DNA of 64,000 nt from positions 1 through 64,000 of the forward strand of contig JAYWIR010000093.1 in NCBI GenBank assembly GCA_036172245.1. Direction: 5' to 3'. The translations under genes and the position numbers were made by a program. Source of the DNA: Raillietiella orientalis (taxonomy: Eukaryota). Under the pieces are notes generated by a model. It did not search any database. It worked only from the letters and a program-made list of their open reading frames with translations, and was not told the origin of the DNA. This document shows positions 1-13,827 of the stretch, piece by piece (positions within the stretch are counted from its first letter, which is position 1; each line of letters starts with the position of its first letter).

Positions 1-2535
1 GCGCGGTTGCAACTCGAAAATAAACCGGCAACGGTCCGACAGCGTCGAAGCAATTCTCTCCGTTAACCGACCCTTGGGCACAGGTCAGCATTGAGGAAGA
101 CGTGATCTATGCTTTGGTCCATTTCCTCAGCGCCCTTGAGCAAGTTGTGGTCACGTATGGCAGTGCACAACATGTTCATAGCGTTTCCCTGTGCTCCAAA
201 TTGATTTGAGAGCAGTCAGAGATTGAAATATCCAGCTATCAGATGCGCGTTTTGCACGACTGTATCCACCAGCCATTCGCGCCTCAGAGCTTCGAGCAAC
301 GCATTGCGTTCCTGGTTAATCTGTTTACCGCTAGGAACGTACACGTTTGTTACGATCAGATCAATCGAGACGGACCATCTGAGAGTCAGCTGGCCTACCC
401 GATCGTCGTCATCAACACGGCCGCTTTTCACGGCAGCGTTTACGTTTAGCTTTACAAAGAACGCGACTTCACTGGTGTTGCGGACGCCGAATTGCCAGTA
501 TGAAAGACCCCCCGGGATAGTTTCGTTTTCCAGGACGTCTGTCGCGGTGATCACCGTAATCTTCTGCAGCAGGGCCAGGTCGAGCTCAAGCAAGGTGTCG
601 GCCGTATCCCCTCCTTTGCCGTCGCCGCGTTGCCCATTGACGTTCCAGCAGGCCACGCAGATCCGAAGGCGACAGGCGAGCCCAGGTGCTAATCCTGGGA
701 TATGGGCGTTGCGTCGTCCGTCAACTGTTGGGGCTGGACGCTAGTAGATGGAGAGGGGGTTCTTCGGGCACCTGCTAACTCTCCTCCATGGGTGCCGCTG
801 TGTCCGCCGACTCTGACGAAGGAGGTGTCGCACATACCAGTTCACCCTTCTCCATTGGGGCTGGAGGCTCGGGTACGGCGTATTCAGAGGGGCCTTCGCT
901 TCCTTGGTCACCCTCCTCTGTGGAGGTCGCCTGCTTACCGGCTTACGAGCTTGGGAAATCCCCCTGCGGGTTTCCCACCCTTCTGTCGGTTTCCAGCATC
1001 TCCTCCTTGCACGTTGAAGGGAGACGCTTCCTAGTCTTTTGGGATTTTCTTCCCGCTTTCCGAGGTAGTGCCTCCGCAAAAGATGAACTTCCGGCCACGA
1101 GGTCGGACTCACCTGCGGGGGCCTCCCTCGTTGGAACCGCCCTTCGCATGGCCTTGCGTGACGGGTTGTCTCGCTCGGCGAGAATTTCGCGAGCTTCACC
1201 GCCGCCCTTTCGAAAGCGGCATCCTCGTTTTCGGCGGACGCGTCGCATGGTTCACGGTCTGTGGAAAGAGACGGCTCGCCATCGCAGACCTCAGGCGCGG
1301 CGCAAGCGGCGAGAGGTGGATCTTTGCATGGGGTGGCAGCTTCGGGAACGGCCACGCGCTCCAGTGCTACCGAGCACTCACGAAGGATCTCGGCACGCGG
1401 CTTTTTTTTTTTTGGAATCGCTTCGTTCGCGACCTTCTATGTTTTCTTCTCGGCTTTCGCAGCCGGTTTTGGGTTCTTGGCCTTTACTAACTTATAGCCC
1501 TTTTCGTTTTCCACGTCTTCGGAAACTGCTTCCTTAGACATATCTGTTGGGGAAAGGGGGGCTGGCGGCTGCTGCTTGCCACTTTCTCTTTGAGGTTTTT
1601 CGACCTTATTCTTTCTATTTGCCTGCGCCTTTTTGGCTGCAGGCGGTATCGGGATGGGGCGTTTCGGACACACGAGTCAGCCGTGTCCCTTTTCCCCGCA
1701 TAAATAGCACTCAATATTCGGGTACCTCTTACGGAGGTAACCCACTATATTCCAGCGCCCTCAATAACGTAGTTTTCCCACGTACCATAGGTCGACGGCC
1801 TCGTTGGCCACCTGTAGTGTGTGGGGAAGCTCACAACCCTCTTTTACCGTAACAGGCGGAGCAACTAGACCCCCGAAGAAGCTGTTGTAGCCCTTTTATA
1901 TAGTGGACCTCTTCCATAGCGCGTGCACGTTGCCATATTTATTTCACTGTTCAATAACCGCAGAGCGCGTCACCCGGTTAGTGATGCCTGTAAGATGGAA
2001 CACCACAGAGCGACCCAAAGTTAGCGGCAAAAGCTTGCGTCCATCTACGTTCAGCGGGTTTTCAATTAGGCGCTGGGTCAAGGTGAAGTCTTTACAGACT
2101 ACCTAGACGCGCTGACCCCCGCTGAGGACGGAGAGGCCGTCAAGGTCTTCCCCATTCAAATTTGCGGCCTTTAACGCTTTTGCTAACGCGAGGGCCGTTC
2201 GACCGTCGAATAAAGGGCCTACCTTATATACAAGCGATGGCTTGTATCCGGCAGCCTTATAAGCGGACATCTCTGTCATGGTCTTCACGCTTGGCGCGGC
2301 AACCACGGCGCTTTAGCTCCTCGCGTGATGCGAAAAGGATTTCGGGGCAGATGCTTCGATTCTGTAGATTGTGGGGGAGGACACCCCTCCCCCATGCCTA
2401 TCTCCATCGCCGTGTCCTCTGACGAGGCTGCCATCGGTGACCCACACTTAACACCACACTAAACTAAAAACTTGGCTTGCTTTCCAGACAATTGCTGGCG
2501 GAGCGACCAAAGAACACGTCTACCCACGCCGTTAT
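1..2535 (-). mobile_element. Non-LTR retrotransposon (family F), 5' portion: 5'UTR, degenerate ORF1, start of ORF2 APE endonuclease; runs off the left edge
   Basis: ORF 216-656(-) has APE motifs (CWNVNG, LLQ, TNVYVP, HLIAGYFN). ORF 2103-2306(-) (MSAYKAAGYKPSLVYKVG..LSGGQ) aligns with the family A ORF1 N-terminus. 5' motif at 2500-2521. Confidence 0.9.
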
Positions 2536-2545
2536 TCGTGGATGC

Positions 2546-4060
2546 CACCCGGACACGCCGGGGCGTTTATTAAAACATTTCAACGGTGAGTACATCACGT
2601 GGTTTAAGGCATCACTAACGGCCAACATTTTGCAGGACCTGCCGGGATGCTGGTACGCAGAGCAGCATGACTCTACTCAGCAATGGAAGGGGCTGGGGGA
2701 AAAACAAAAAAAAAAATGGACCAGTAAACCAAAAAAAAAGTTTTTGGAGGGAACGGAAGGGATCACAGTCCACTGGGGGGAGGGTCCACCCTCAGCAGGA
2801 TACCCTCGAGGTTTTTCTTCAAGCTTCCCAGCTTGGGCCATCAAATACCTCTCCGCAGGAAGCGAACAGCATATGGGATGACGTCCGTTGCGGTGGAATC
2901 TTCATCTCCGGCTTTACCCCAGGCCGCCACAATACCACGGATACAGCAAAGTTCTGCGAGGGCTGCGGCTGGCTTCAGGGTGTCCAACACGAAAAGAATA
3001 CTGTAAACATTCCTGGGGTGTCCGCGAACCGGTATCCCGAAGGCCGTTCCAAGACTATTCCAAAGAATCCGGAGGGCCGGGCAGTCAACAAGAAGGTGGG
3101 GGAGGGACTTCCGCTCTCTACATCTGGCACACGCAAAATTTACACTTCCCCGCATCCAGTGAAAGCGGCGTGCGTTGCAGGGTAGACCTCAAGCAAGCCA
3201 CAAAAGTGCCGACTGTTGCCAATCCAGGGGAGGAATCCTCGATCCAATTAGAACCGGAGGACACTTCAGTTTGCCCGACCGGATGCCGAGCAGCTCGCCC
3301 CTTCTTTTTGATCCACGCGGCTGGGCACTAGAAGTCGTAGCGTCTGTCAGCTCTCCCATGGTCCAGCTGCTCATCATTTTCTCTCTGCCTGCGATACGGC
3401 AGCAGACTTGCCACCTCGGCTTCGGGCTGTTGTGAAGCGCCCTCCGTAGGAAGGCATCGCCGTAGCAAGGGGTGTCCCTTCCGCCCACGTGCAACTCGCT
3501 GGAAATTGAAGAATTTCACGCAGAGTGCGGCAAGCGTAAAAGCCGACGCTCAGGCAGTTTCACGTCTCGTGTTTCCTCTTATTAATCTTCGCCCACGTGC
3601 CAGCGGTCTCCTCCAGCCATGCGTAGTAATTGACGGGGCTGCAGACCATCCAGCCGTTCTCCTTTGCCAAGGTGGACATGCGTCCATGGAGCAGGCCTTA
3701 TTTTCTCATCCTTCGGCCAGAGAACAGGGGATAAGAGGCAAGTCTTTGCGTCCTGGAGACACGGCTGGCAAGAAGGCAGACCGGAACGCACCAAGGGGTG
3801 CTCCACAACTTCGCTGCTTTGTCCAAGGTGTGCTATCGCAACTGGATTACCAAGCGCTCCAGCGTCAGGAGACCATGACCAGCGTCCCAACGCAAAGCGC
3901 ATAATTGCTTTAGACGCATTCTAGGTCTCTTGTTGCGCTTGAGGACGATTGGTAGTAGGTCCTTGGTTCTCTTTTTCAACTAAGGGGAAACGCGGCATTC
4001 AAAAAGTAGAAGGCGAAGGATGGGAGCAGCGAGCCCGGCTGCGCGGGACTATCTACTTTC
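2546..4060 (-). mobile_element. LINE 3' fragment (ORF2 C-terminal region, zinc finger, 3'UTR, terminal hairpin)
   Basis: ORF 2841-3155(-) CARCRERKSLPHLLVDC..LCCIRGIVAAW; ORF 3189-3494(-) WQVCCRIAGREK..PPLDWQ; terminal motif at 2546-2571. Right boundary approximate. Confidence 0.88.
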
Positions 4061-4069
4061 TTAGCGTAC

Positions 4070-5257
4070 TTCAAACGCCTATACATGTTCCTCTGCGGAC
4101 TGGCACTTCGGCGAGTAATTCAGCTGACCAGGACGAACTAGTAGATCTCCTGCCGGCCCGCGAATGGCACTTCCTGGTTAAAGGAAAACCTTGGCACGTG
4201 ATCGCAGATTGCGGAAGCGAGCCCGGAGTTGTAGCAGCGACTGCTGCTCTCCTTTTACAAGAGCCGCTCGCTGCAGGAGATCATCCTGCAGTCCGCCTTG
4301 AGTGCGTGGGCTAAGTGGACCTCCCTTGCCACGGCACTGTCGCACCACAGGGAGCACCAGAGCAGTGGCCAGCCGGCGTAATGGGAAGTCAGGTGCAGTA
4401 TCTCTAAAAGAGAGAGAGAGTAAGGTGGCTGGACCACAGGCCAGTTCAAAGATGCTGTGCCCCAATTGCCCCACCAAAGGAACTATAGTGCTGATGCGAG
4501 CTACTGAGCATCCCGATGGATTTTCTTTAGTGGCCCCTAGTGCTAAGGAATACCCGGACCCTCTCCTCTAAATAACAGTAGTCAGCGTTCCTGGAGTTGC
4601 ACTAGGGACTCCCCAGGAACGCCCGCCGATCTCAATGGACGAGGGGAGCTGTAAACCCAAATTGTGTCGGATGCGGGGAACGGGAAACCCTCTCGCACCT
4701 GCTTCTTGGCTGTGTTGCCCTCCGGCCGCTGTGATTGCGTTTCGCAACGACCCTAGGAGCACCCAAAAACAACCCCAAAGAAGTGTTGAAGCGCCTCTTT
4801 GTGTGCGACGTCCTTGAGCCTACCGTAGCCCTTGCAGCACTCTGCTGCCTACGTGGGATTGTGGCGGCGTGGAGAACCACCACTGGTGAACCGCAAGATA
4901 GGGACATCATCTGCTGCGCCCTGCGCTTCCTGAGGACGACAGCCGGATGGTCTTATCTGGAACGTATGCAGACTGAACTTGCCGACATCCTGGAAAGGTT
5001 GTAGAGGACGACCCCAGCGGAACGTGATCCCTTCCACAACCCCTGATTGCTTCTGTAAATAGTGTTTCTGTTTTTCTTTTTATTTGCTTTTTTCCCTCTT
5101 GCTGCCGAGTCGAGCTCTTCGGCCTGCGTGCTGGCTACTCGGCAAGTTCAGAACATTTACCAAAGCTTTTCTTGAACGCAGAAGTGCAATGGCCCTACAT
5201 ATGCATGTTTGTTTTTTATAGAAAAATAAACTCCCCGCCGCATCCGGATCTAAAAAA
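4070..5257 (+). mobile_element. LINE 3' fragment (ORF2 C-terminus and 3'UTR)
   Basis: ORF 4735-5004 LFVCDVLEPTVALAALCCLRGIVAAW..LADILERL*; T-rich 3'UTR; degenerate terminal motif at 5225-5249. Confidence 0.85.
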
Positions 5258-5595
5258 GGTCTCTCATCTGACAGGACAACACACTCGATTATTAAGTGGG
5301 GGGATGTCTCCCTTTCCTCGCACTCTGCACAAGGGGCATCCAATCTCCCCGATGTGCAGTGAGACAGGCGAGCTCTTCTTAAGTGTTCCCATTAGAGAAG
5401 GAGCAACGCCATCTTCTGATGCTGCATAGGGAGGATGCCGTTGTTTCAAAACGCTGGGGGTTACTGTACCTCCTCTGGAGGCATGTCGAGCAGTTCAGCC
5501 CAGCGTACAAATCCATTCGGCCGGATACTCGGGGTAGCAGCGTCCGCTAGTTCCCGGGACGTCGACGTCTCGTCCCGTCGCAACTGCTGCGACGT
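5258..5595 (-). mobile_element. LINE ORF2 zinc-finger-region fragment
   Basis: CAECEERETSPHLIIEC in ORF 5080-5343(-); upstream sequence is homologous to the other ORF2 C-termini. Confidence 0.75.
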
Positions 5596-6620
5596 CTTTA
5601 GGTATTTCTGCCTTTGAACAACTGCACTTCCACATTCACGAAAACTTCGTTTTTGGCTTGCTCACGGGAGCTCACCAAAATCGCTTGCGAACGGCTTTTA
5701 CGCAGACGCACTCTGTGGGTAATATTGGAATTTCCCGGGAGCTGCACGTGGGCTAAAAGAACACCCTTCGCTACGGCGCTGCCCTTCCTAAGATGGGCGC
5801 TTCATAACAACCAGAAGCCGAGGTGGCAAGTCTCCTGCCGTATCGCAGGCAGAGAGAAGATGATGAGCGGCTGGACCATTGGAGAGCAGGCCGACGCAAC
5901 GAGTCCGAGTGTCGAGCCGAGAGGAGTATCGAAATGGGGCGAGCTGCTCGGCATCCGGACGGATGACCTGAAGTGGCCAGCGGTATTGACAATATCGAGG
6001 ATTCTTCCCCTGAAGTGACAAGAATCGTAGCTTATGTTGTTGCATTGAGGTCTAATCTGCAACTCCCGCTGCTTCCAGTGGACGCGGGGAAGATTAAATT
6101 TTGAATGTACCAGGTGTGGGGAGCGATAGTCCCTCCACCACCTTATAGTTGACTGCCCTGACCTCCGGATTCTGTAAGAGAGTTTCGGAACGACGCTCAC
6201 GATACCGGTTGGCGGCAACCCCAGAAATGTTTACAGTCTTCTCTTTGTGCGGGACGCTCTGATGCCAGCCGCAGCCCTAGCATCACTTTGCTACATCCGC
6301 AGTATTGTTGCGGCCTAAAGTGATGCCTTAGACGAAAGAGTGCATCTTTTCGTGAGGGACGTCATTTCATATGTGGTCTGCTTCATGCAGACCACATATG
6401 GAATGAAGGATGACCCCAACTAAGTGGAATGCTGATGGACCTCAAGTGCGGAAGATGGGCCCTTCTCCCAGTGGACGGTGATCTCTTCCCCTCTTCCAAC
6501 TTTTTTTTCCCTTATTTTTAATTTTTTTATTTTTGTTTTCTCCTTATCCCCTTCCTCCGCCCAGGATAGTCACGCGGAGCTGCGTTTCGGCGTCCCGGTA
6601 GGGACCGTGTTGTGTTGGCC
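5596..6620 (+). mobile_element. LINE ORF2 C-terminal fragment with partial 3'UTR
   Basis: ORF 5614-6018 WQVSCRIAGREKMMSGWTIG..LKWPAV..ILPLK; degenerate zinc finger about 6105-6155; T-rich UTR 6500-6545. Confidence 0.82.
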
Positions 6621-7005
6621 GTTAGTGAGGCCTGTTATTACGTTTTCTGTAGAGTTCCAATAAACGCTCCAAGCATACCTTGGTGGCAACCCCGAATCCT
6701 GCTGGTAGGCGGTGCAGAGAAAACTGGTCGCAGAATTTCTGTACTGACCGCTTAAAGTGGTCCCTTTCCTGGAATATCCGCGTTCTGAATCTCCGTATGA
6801 ACGCGCGGTGATGTTCCGCTGCGTCCAAGAGCTACAACTCGTCTCATGACAGACGCCACGCTAACGAGAGGGAACTCTTGTCGCGTGGATGAATCTCCAT
6901 CACGGTCAGGCGATTGTCGGACAGCTCGGACGTGAACTTGCCGCTCCTGACCACTCGAGGGCATAGGTGCTCGTCAAGGAACACTTAATCGATGGTGTTT
7001 TTTAT
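6621..7005 (-). mobile_element. LINE ORF2 fragment (APE C-terminus and linker)
   Basis: ORF 6622-6828(-) AEHHRAFIRRFRT..FKRSVQKFCDQFSLHRLPAGFG matches the family A linker in ORF 38960-40024. Confidence 0.82.
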
Positions 7006-7362
7006 CCAGTTATGCTTTAACCGGCGGAGTACCACGTCTGTTAATGCCTGTTAAAATATTTCTGTAGGAAGCCTTACAATAACAGCAACTGAATAACTAT
7101 CAGCAGCATTACTAAATGTTGTGCACAAATTGGTCACGTGACCTTTGATTCGCGCTGTTCGTTGCAGCAAGTGGGCATTAGTATAAATACTGCTATTCGT
7201 GGAGACTTGAAATACGTGGACCTGTTGGTCTAACGGCTAAATGATCTGCAGATGGTGAACCTGTTGAATGATGCCGGTTTATAAAGAAATATGAATAAAT
7301 CAGAACGATAAAGCTTCATTACATAACTAGAAGACAAAATACAATCACTTCTCCCATCATTA

Positions 7363-10300
7363 CTAGTCGTCATCAGAATCAGAATCATCGGTATCAAAAT
7401 CATCAGAGTCGGAATAATCAGAGTCAGAATCATCAGAATCGTCAACATAGTTGCCATCCTCATCATCGTCTTCATCATTACGGGCTACATCTCTCGAGGT
7501 CTCAGGAATGAATTCCACCCAGCATAGTGTGTCCTTAGGATACATGCATTCTGCCTTGAACGGAGTTTGTATTTTAAGGTATTTCACCGTGTTCACCACA
7601 CTACTGAAATAAATAAAGTTTTTCTCAAAATCAGAATTATCTTTCATTAGAGAGAAGAATCTTCATCAGGGGTGGAATGGATGCTTCCTTGCCGCGAATT
7701 CTGTGAACGTGATGTATGATTCACATGAGAATTCTAAATTTCAACTTCTCCATGCGTGTCTCCAAAAAATTGCTCGAGATAAAAAAAAAGGCATAATTTG
7801 AATTTTTATGGAGTAGCACAGTTGAGTTGACAATTTCTGCTATGCTTCGTTGCCTTGCAAGTTCCGGAAAGATGATACAATAATTACAACACAGCATCTT
7901 TGATCATCGACATGCTTTCATGCCTTTTGGATTGTGGGACATGGCAAGCACAGAAAGCAGCTCTTATGCCGTGATGAAAATCGCGAAGCTCGCAAGTTTC
8001 AATATAAATTTCATATTGTATTTGCGGGGAAATTTTAATTCGAGGGAAACGAAGCAACACTGATGCTTCGACGCTAAAGTAGGGTGATCTCTTACCTATC
8101 TTCAAGTACGAATATGCATGTACAATTTCCACGATCTTCATCGATGATGACGGTTACATTTACGGAGTCTCCTCCAACAGTCTGTGAAAACAGATGTGAT
8201 ATTTATCAAAGTGCATTGTCATCCTACCGATACATAAACGGAGCAGTTTCCATCATGTTTTGTGGGGAATTCCACAGTTCCCCATCCTTGCTTGCAAATA
8301 TCTCTTTCCGCATTGTGTCCCTCAGGAACTTGGAGAACCAATGAACAGTTCCCAGTGGGATTCGAAAATGCAAGGTCTTTACTGGACTGGCTAAGATTCC
8401 GAGCATTTGCGACAGACATCTTTATTTCGATGAAAAGAACAGCCACCGGCATAAGCAACTAAAACGGGTGATTTTCCGTGAAGAAAAACTTTTCCAATGT
8501 GCTGTACGATCCACGGTGATATCCACGATTTCGAGTTGCAACAGAACGCAATTGCTCGGCACTCACCTTGTTTCCGTAATTTTGTGGGAATCATCCAAAG
8601 AAACAAAGAGTGTTTTTCGATGTTGCAGCACAAGAAATTCCTTGCGACTGCACTTGAAGAACCCAAGGATTTCAGCTAATACCTCTAGTTCCCTTGATGC
8701 ACCATCAAGTTCCCTATGATCTCATCACAAGGTTCACATTAATCTCAGAAGGCTTTAGAGATTTCGCGCATCACCAGTAAGGCTTCCTGAACATCAGACT
8801 CCTTTACGGTGAGTCTGCTGCTCATGATGTCTTACAAGGAGACTCTTCAGATCCAGTCCCGTTAGCATACCTTCCGCATCAGATAGCGAGTTTTACAAGG
8901 AACTTCACTATGACATCCATGGGAATCCTCGAACTCTTTTAATCGTGGTTATGCAAGTTAGGCACCAAGATGAGCTCAGACCGCACCCCAGGATGATACC
9001 GCTGTAGTGGCAATGCGGTGGCTGCTTGGGCAGTGGTTCGTGATACGGTTTGGCTCCCCAGTGCGCAAATTAGGAGCGAACTGTCACCTGTTGCCAATCG
9101 CAGTTGATCCGGAAACTGCGAACCTTTGTCTGTACAAGCGTCCTCAGATGCAGGTTGAGGCGCCTTGATTTGCCTCCATTCTGCCTTAAGAGAGGAAACG
9201 AGGAGGACACGAAATCGACTCTACGCTCCTAAGCGCTGGTTGCAATAAAGAGTGGCCAGGCAGGCTTTTCCTATCCTCCTGTCTGAAGCGTAAGGAATGC
9301 AAGAATTTCTCACCATGTGCATCTTCAGAAGAATCATCTTGTTTGAATTCTTGAGGATTGTCCACTGGTGTCTACTGGAGACTTCTATGCAGCACTGAAA
9401 CGCCACGTAAACGGGAAGAGTGAACTCGGAATCGATCGCTATTTTATCAGAATAAATACTGATTTGATCGATGTACAAGTGCTTCCTGCTAAACAGTCAT
9501 GCCATCTTACATGTAGTCACCACGAAACGCTTAAGCCTCAATAAAAATGGTGGATAACAATCTAAGTCATGTTCCCAGATGCAGACCCCATTTCCTAAAA
9601 TCTGTTTTTTCCTTGTAGAAAAAAATCTAATATTCATTTCCAATCCGCAGCTGCATTTTTTTTCTCGCTAAAGAACGTGTTCTAGAAGCAACACTGCTCT
9701 TACGTATTCGGAGATAGCAGCAACCCATTCAAAGCGCCACTCACACAGAGGGTGATCCACAAACAGCAGTAACGTTTTGACTTTACATAAAGAGATAATA
9801 TGTGTCGCAGTTGTGCACATTCCGTAGCGCATCACATGTATTTTGAAAATCCTCGTGTTCCGCGACTTTCCGGTCAGAAATGCTTTGCTGGAATGCAGTA
9901 GTGTAAAAAGAAGCAATCCACCACTTATCAGTATTTGCCAATATCTTCCCCTCATTCAGTTCATTTCAAGCATATCAAAGTGTTCTTCGAATCACATTGT
10001 GTAATTAGCAAGTTGTTCTTCTGAAAGGCCTTCATTCAAAGGAATTCTTTAAGAAGCTTGGCGCTTGCAGTGCCAGATCTTTTTTTGTCAACAGGAGCAG
10101 GCCATGCAGACTGTGCAAACGGAGGTGGTAAATAGATTCTTCATGGAAACTCACTTGAACACTTGATGATTATTGTCAATTTTTCTCGATAAAAACCAAT
10201 CTCTAGAGCTTTGTTTTTTCTCCTTGCGCTACTTATGCGAGAACTCCTCACCGCCCTATGTGCGCTCAGAGAAAGGTCGGCAGCCGAAGGGGTGGTGATA

Positions 10301-10905
10301 GTTCTTGCGAACGATGCGAAGTGTGGGTGCAGTTCAAAGCAACAAACCATGCGAGATGGCTAACGCTGCATCTTCACATTCTCTAGCAATGAGACCAGCT
10401 CTGGACTAGAACTGTTGGGATGTGCCCTAAGAAGAACGCCTTCTCAGTTTGCCAGGAGCGGTGCGGACGTGTTTTGCTCTCACTGTGCGCATTTCGTTCA
10501 GCTGATCCTACAGTGTGAGCTTCAATTTCCACTAAGGTCTGGATGGCAAAGAGAGGTTTCACACTTCGGATAATCCCCGAACGTAAATTCTCTCCTCTGA
10601 AAATAACAGAAGTTGGGCGTGACGAATTCCCTATGTACAAGGCCGCGGCGGAGACCTCTCCTTAGGCGGTGCCTACTTTGGTCAGCAGAGATGGAGACAT
10701 GGGATAGTAGTCCAGAAGTTCCTTTGCCATATAATACCACCGTACCCTTAGATACAAGATATGATTCCAATGCCCGTTTACATGTTGTTCGTTCAGGAAG
10801 TCCAACGTTTCGCAGTGCGCTAGAAGAGTGCTGGAAACGTCTGCTGGCGGGAACTGGATGGAACTTTGCAGTGCGCGTTGGTCCCCCGCTTATTAAACTC
10901 ACCAA
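7363..10905 (-). pseudogene. Possible decayed or intron-split host gene with acidic C-terminal tail; weak P-loop-like segment
   Basis: ORF 7363-7647(-) ends in a D/S-rich tail. TVVLYGKGTSG in ORF 10522-10905(-) resembles a Walker A lacking GK[ST]. Intervening frames have many stops. Confidence 0.2.
7366..7480. repeat. Imperfect (ATCAGA/ATC)-type low-complexity repeat encoding an Asp/Ser-rich tract on the minus strand
   Basis: catcagaatcagaatcatcgg..atcagagtcagaatcatcagaatc; translates as DDSDDSDSDYSDSDDFDTDDSDSDDD. Confidence 0.7.
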
Positions 10906-12229
10906 TGTGTGTGAAACGGAGAAGTCTGACCTTTTCCATTCCTAAGGACAAATCGATGTTGATCCATTCGAGGGTATTCTCTGCCAGTACTTCACTTTCT
11001 TGCCCTTCTCTTGTCGGCTGCCGAGTATACAAAAATTGTGATTGGTCCACCGTTCTAACCACGCTCATCTCAACAAAAACTTCTTGGGAGACCGTTTATT
11101 ATAGCTCCAAAGTTAGCTACAGAAGCTGGGAGCAGTGATATTGTAAAACAAAAAAGAAAACAAGCAACTTTCGCACTCTCGCTCGAGCGAGAGTACGAAA
11201 AGGAGTCACGTCCTCCAGGAAGGGTACTCTGCATGCTTTCGAGGATGCCGTCAACTGCTTGTTGCGCGCAATCCTCCAGGTTATATCAACACATCGCCAT
11301 CCTTGTGTGAGGGACGGCAAAGTGGATGAGGATCCCCTGTTTCTCAGTCCTCCAGGCACCGACGACGATACTGCGTTGACAGCAAAGAGCTGCCAACGAG
11401 ATTGTGATCCGAAAAGCTTCGCGAACGAGAAGAGCTTTTGGAACGTATCTGAAGTTTTCTCTGGAGTTTTCAAGGGTCCCCTCAAAGCAGAAGGACTGGG
11501 AGGCAACACAATCCCCAAGAAGATGAGGGGAGAATTCATGCTTTCCGCACCCACCGCAGTTTGTGCCCTCACATCCCGTGTGCAGTGTTTTTAGCGAGCT
11601 CTTTCTATCGCAGCAGAATCAACGTTGAATCTCGCCCCTTTAAAGAGAGTATGCGCATGTTCGGAAGCACTACGAGCCACAAAAGTTCATGCTCTTCTGG
11701 AATACTCAATAGCTCGCCGGAACGCCGAAGTCCAAGAGGTGGGACAGGCGCGGTCGCAGCATCCGACGCTCCTCATCCTGTACTGCTTGCGAAGATTCCA
11801 GCGGTAACTCATATGTTTCCTGAAGGGATTCGCCCTCTGGAGATGGAAGTTCTGCCTCCCACGCGCTCACGCTTCATGGGGTATTCTGGGATCTTCCGTA
11901 GCTAGCTGTTTTCCAGAAAACAGCGCTGCGAACGCTTGTTCCGGATGTGGTTCGTTCTGATTTGCTCACGTGCAATCTGTTTCTTACAACTAGACGCCGT
12001 CGTTTTCTGGGCATCCGAAAATCCATCTGCTGTTCTTTTGTGCAACGTGCACATCTGCAGAAGCTGTAGTTCGCAGTAGGAGATACTGCGTAGACGGCTT
12101 GCAGCGAGAGAACCAAGTCCCATTCTGTTGGCTGAGGGGCTGTTTGGTTAAGTAAGCGTCCAGGTTTGCATCGGTTTTAAATCCCATCGACGCTGGGATA
12201 TCTGCTGTAAAAAATGACGAACATACAAG

Positions 12230-13573
12230 GTGAAGGGCCGTCGGCTCCTTATCGTTCGAAAGAGTTGGGAACCTGACGAGTAGCCGGCACGCACGACGGC
12301 GAGGTTCGACTTGGTGGTGGAGGGGGAAAAGGCCGAGAAAAATAAAACTACAACAACACGAGAAAAAACATGGAGGGGGGATGGGGAGGAAGCGTCTGAA
12401 TTGAATCACCGTAAGCTGAAGTGTGTCCTCTGCATCCTTGTAAGAATGTCGGCAATTCCTGTTCTGCTTCTCCCGCATAAGCCATCTTGACTCCACGCTT
12501 ATCAAGAGGACAGCACAATGGATGGCGCTCATGTTGTTCTGTCCTTTTCCGACATGGCACCAGGTCGACATAATCCCGCGCAGGCAGCAAAGAGCTCCTA
12601 AGGATGCGACAGGCGAAAGAGGGTAGCACACGAAAAGGCGCTTCGTCAGCTCGCTATGATTGTTCGTCGGTACCTCGGAAGCGGTTGCGAAGAACAACAA
12701 CAGGAGCCTGAGGGCAAAATAGTTTACGAGCAGGTGTGGTTTCCGCACCTGCAGTTGTTTGTGTTGGTATCCGTATCAAGCCAGCGAGAACGGTGGATCG
12801 CATTGCAACAGCAAAGGGGCCGAAGACGGCCGCTAGATGAAGAAAAACAATTTGTTCTTCAGCGTGGTTGTTCAGTCGAGAAGCTGCCCACCTGCGATCC
12901 TTACGATTTTTTGACCCTCATCTGTGTTGAGCACGTGTGTCTCTTGCAGAACCGCCAGATCGATGCCCCGCAAGGTGGAGGCCACTTGTCTTCTCTCGCC
13001 GAAGTCGCGCCACCCGTTGACGTTCCAACAGATTTTGCGCAATCGACAGCAGAAGAGTCCACGTGTGTGTATGTTCATTGTGTTTGTGTTGCATCTTTCG
13101 TGTCCTGCTCAGCTGGCCGGAGATGTGTACCCAAGTCGACGGGTTGTACCTAGCATGGAGGTGTTTCGTCGATGGTAGTTGGCGGAACCTGCTTCGGCTG
13201 GGCAGCGTGCGGCAAGGAGTCGCTAGAGCTCACGTACATCGTCTCATCGTCGTGGTCCGCGCGCATTTCCTCCTCCTCCGGAAGAAAAACGGTGCGCCAT
13301 GGGTTATCTATCTTTCAGCCCGCCTTCCGTTTCGGAAGGGTGACAGCCGGAGCGTTGCCGGCTTTGGCTTCGGACTCGGAAGCTTACGGTCCTTCTACCT
13401 CAGCCGGACGCCCCAAGACCTTTTTCTCGACCTTGGGTGGTTGCTGGAGCATGGTTGACAGCTCCTCCGCCGCCTTTTTGAACTCCCATTCTTCGCTGCT
13501 CACTCTCGGCTCGCGACTATGTCGCGGCGTGGGCGTTCAAACGGCGGCGGAACCAGCTGGCGTGACGTCAGCG
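12230..13573 (-). mobile_element. Internally deleted LINE: ORF1 C-terminus and APE start fused to ORF2 C-terminus/3'UTR
   Basis: ORF 12872-13078(-) ICWNVNG..DLAVLQETH is followed within about 130 bp by PHLLVN..LCCLRGIMSTW (ORF 11990-12748). Confidence 0.8.
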
Positions 13574-13827
13574 TTTTCACACGGATATGCCGGGGCATTT
13601 ATTTAATAATAAAAATACAATAAATTTTCTCGTGGCGAGCCCAGGGGCTCATCACTCTAAGACAGCTTGCTTCGTGCCGGTGCGCAACCTGTGCCCTGTG
13701 CGCGTGGAGAGGTACTCTAGATCCTGTTCAAGATACTCACAAGCTGCGTCCTATCTGCGCTCAAATGGCGCCACTTGCACACGGTTCTCACAAAAAGGCG
13801 ACTCCAGTGTAAGGCGGAAGCTTGCAC
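13574..13827 (-). mobile_element. Family B 3'-end fragment
   Basis: Homologous to 34307-34660 (ctctagatcctgttca.., tggcgccacttgca, tccagtgtaaggcg); terminal hairpin at 13578-13603. Confidence 0.82.
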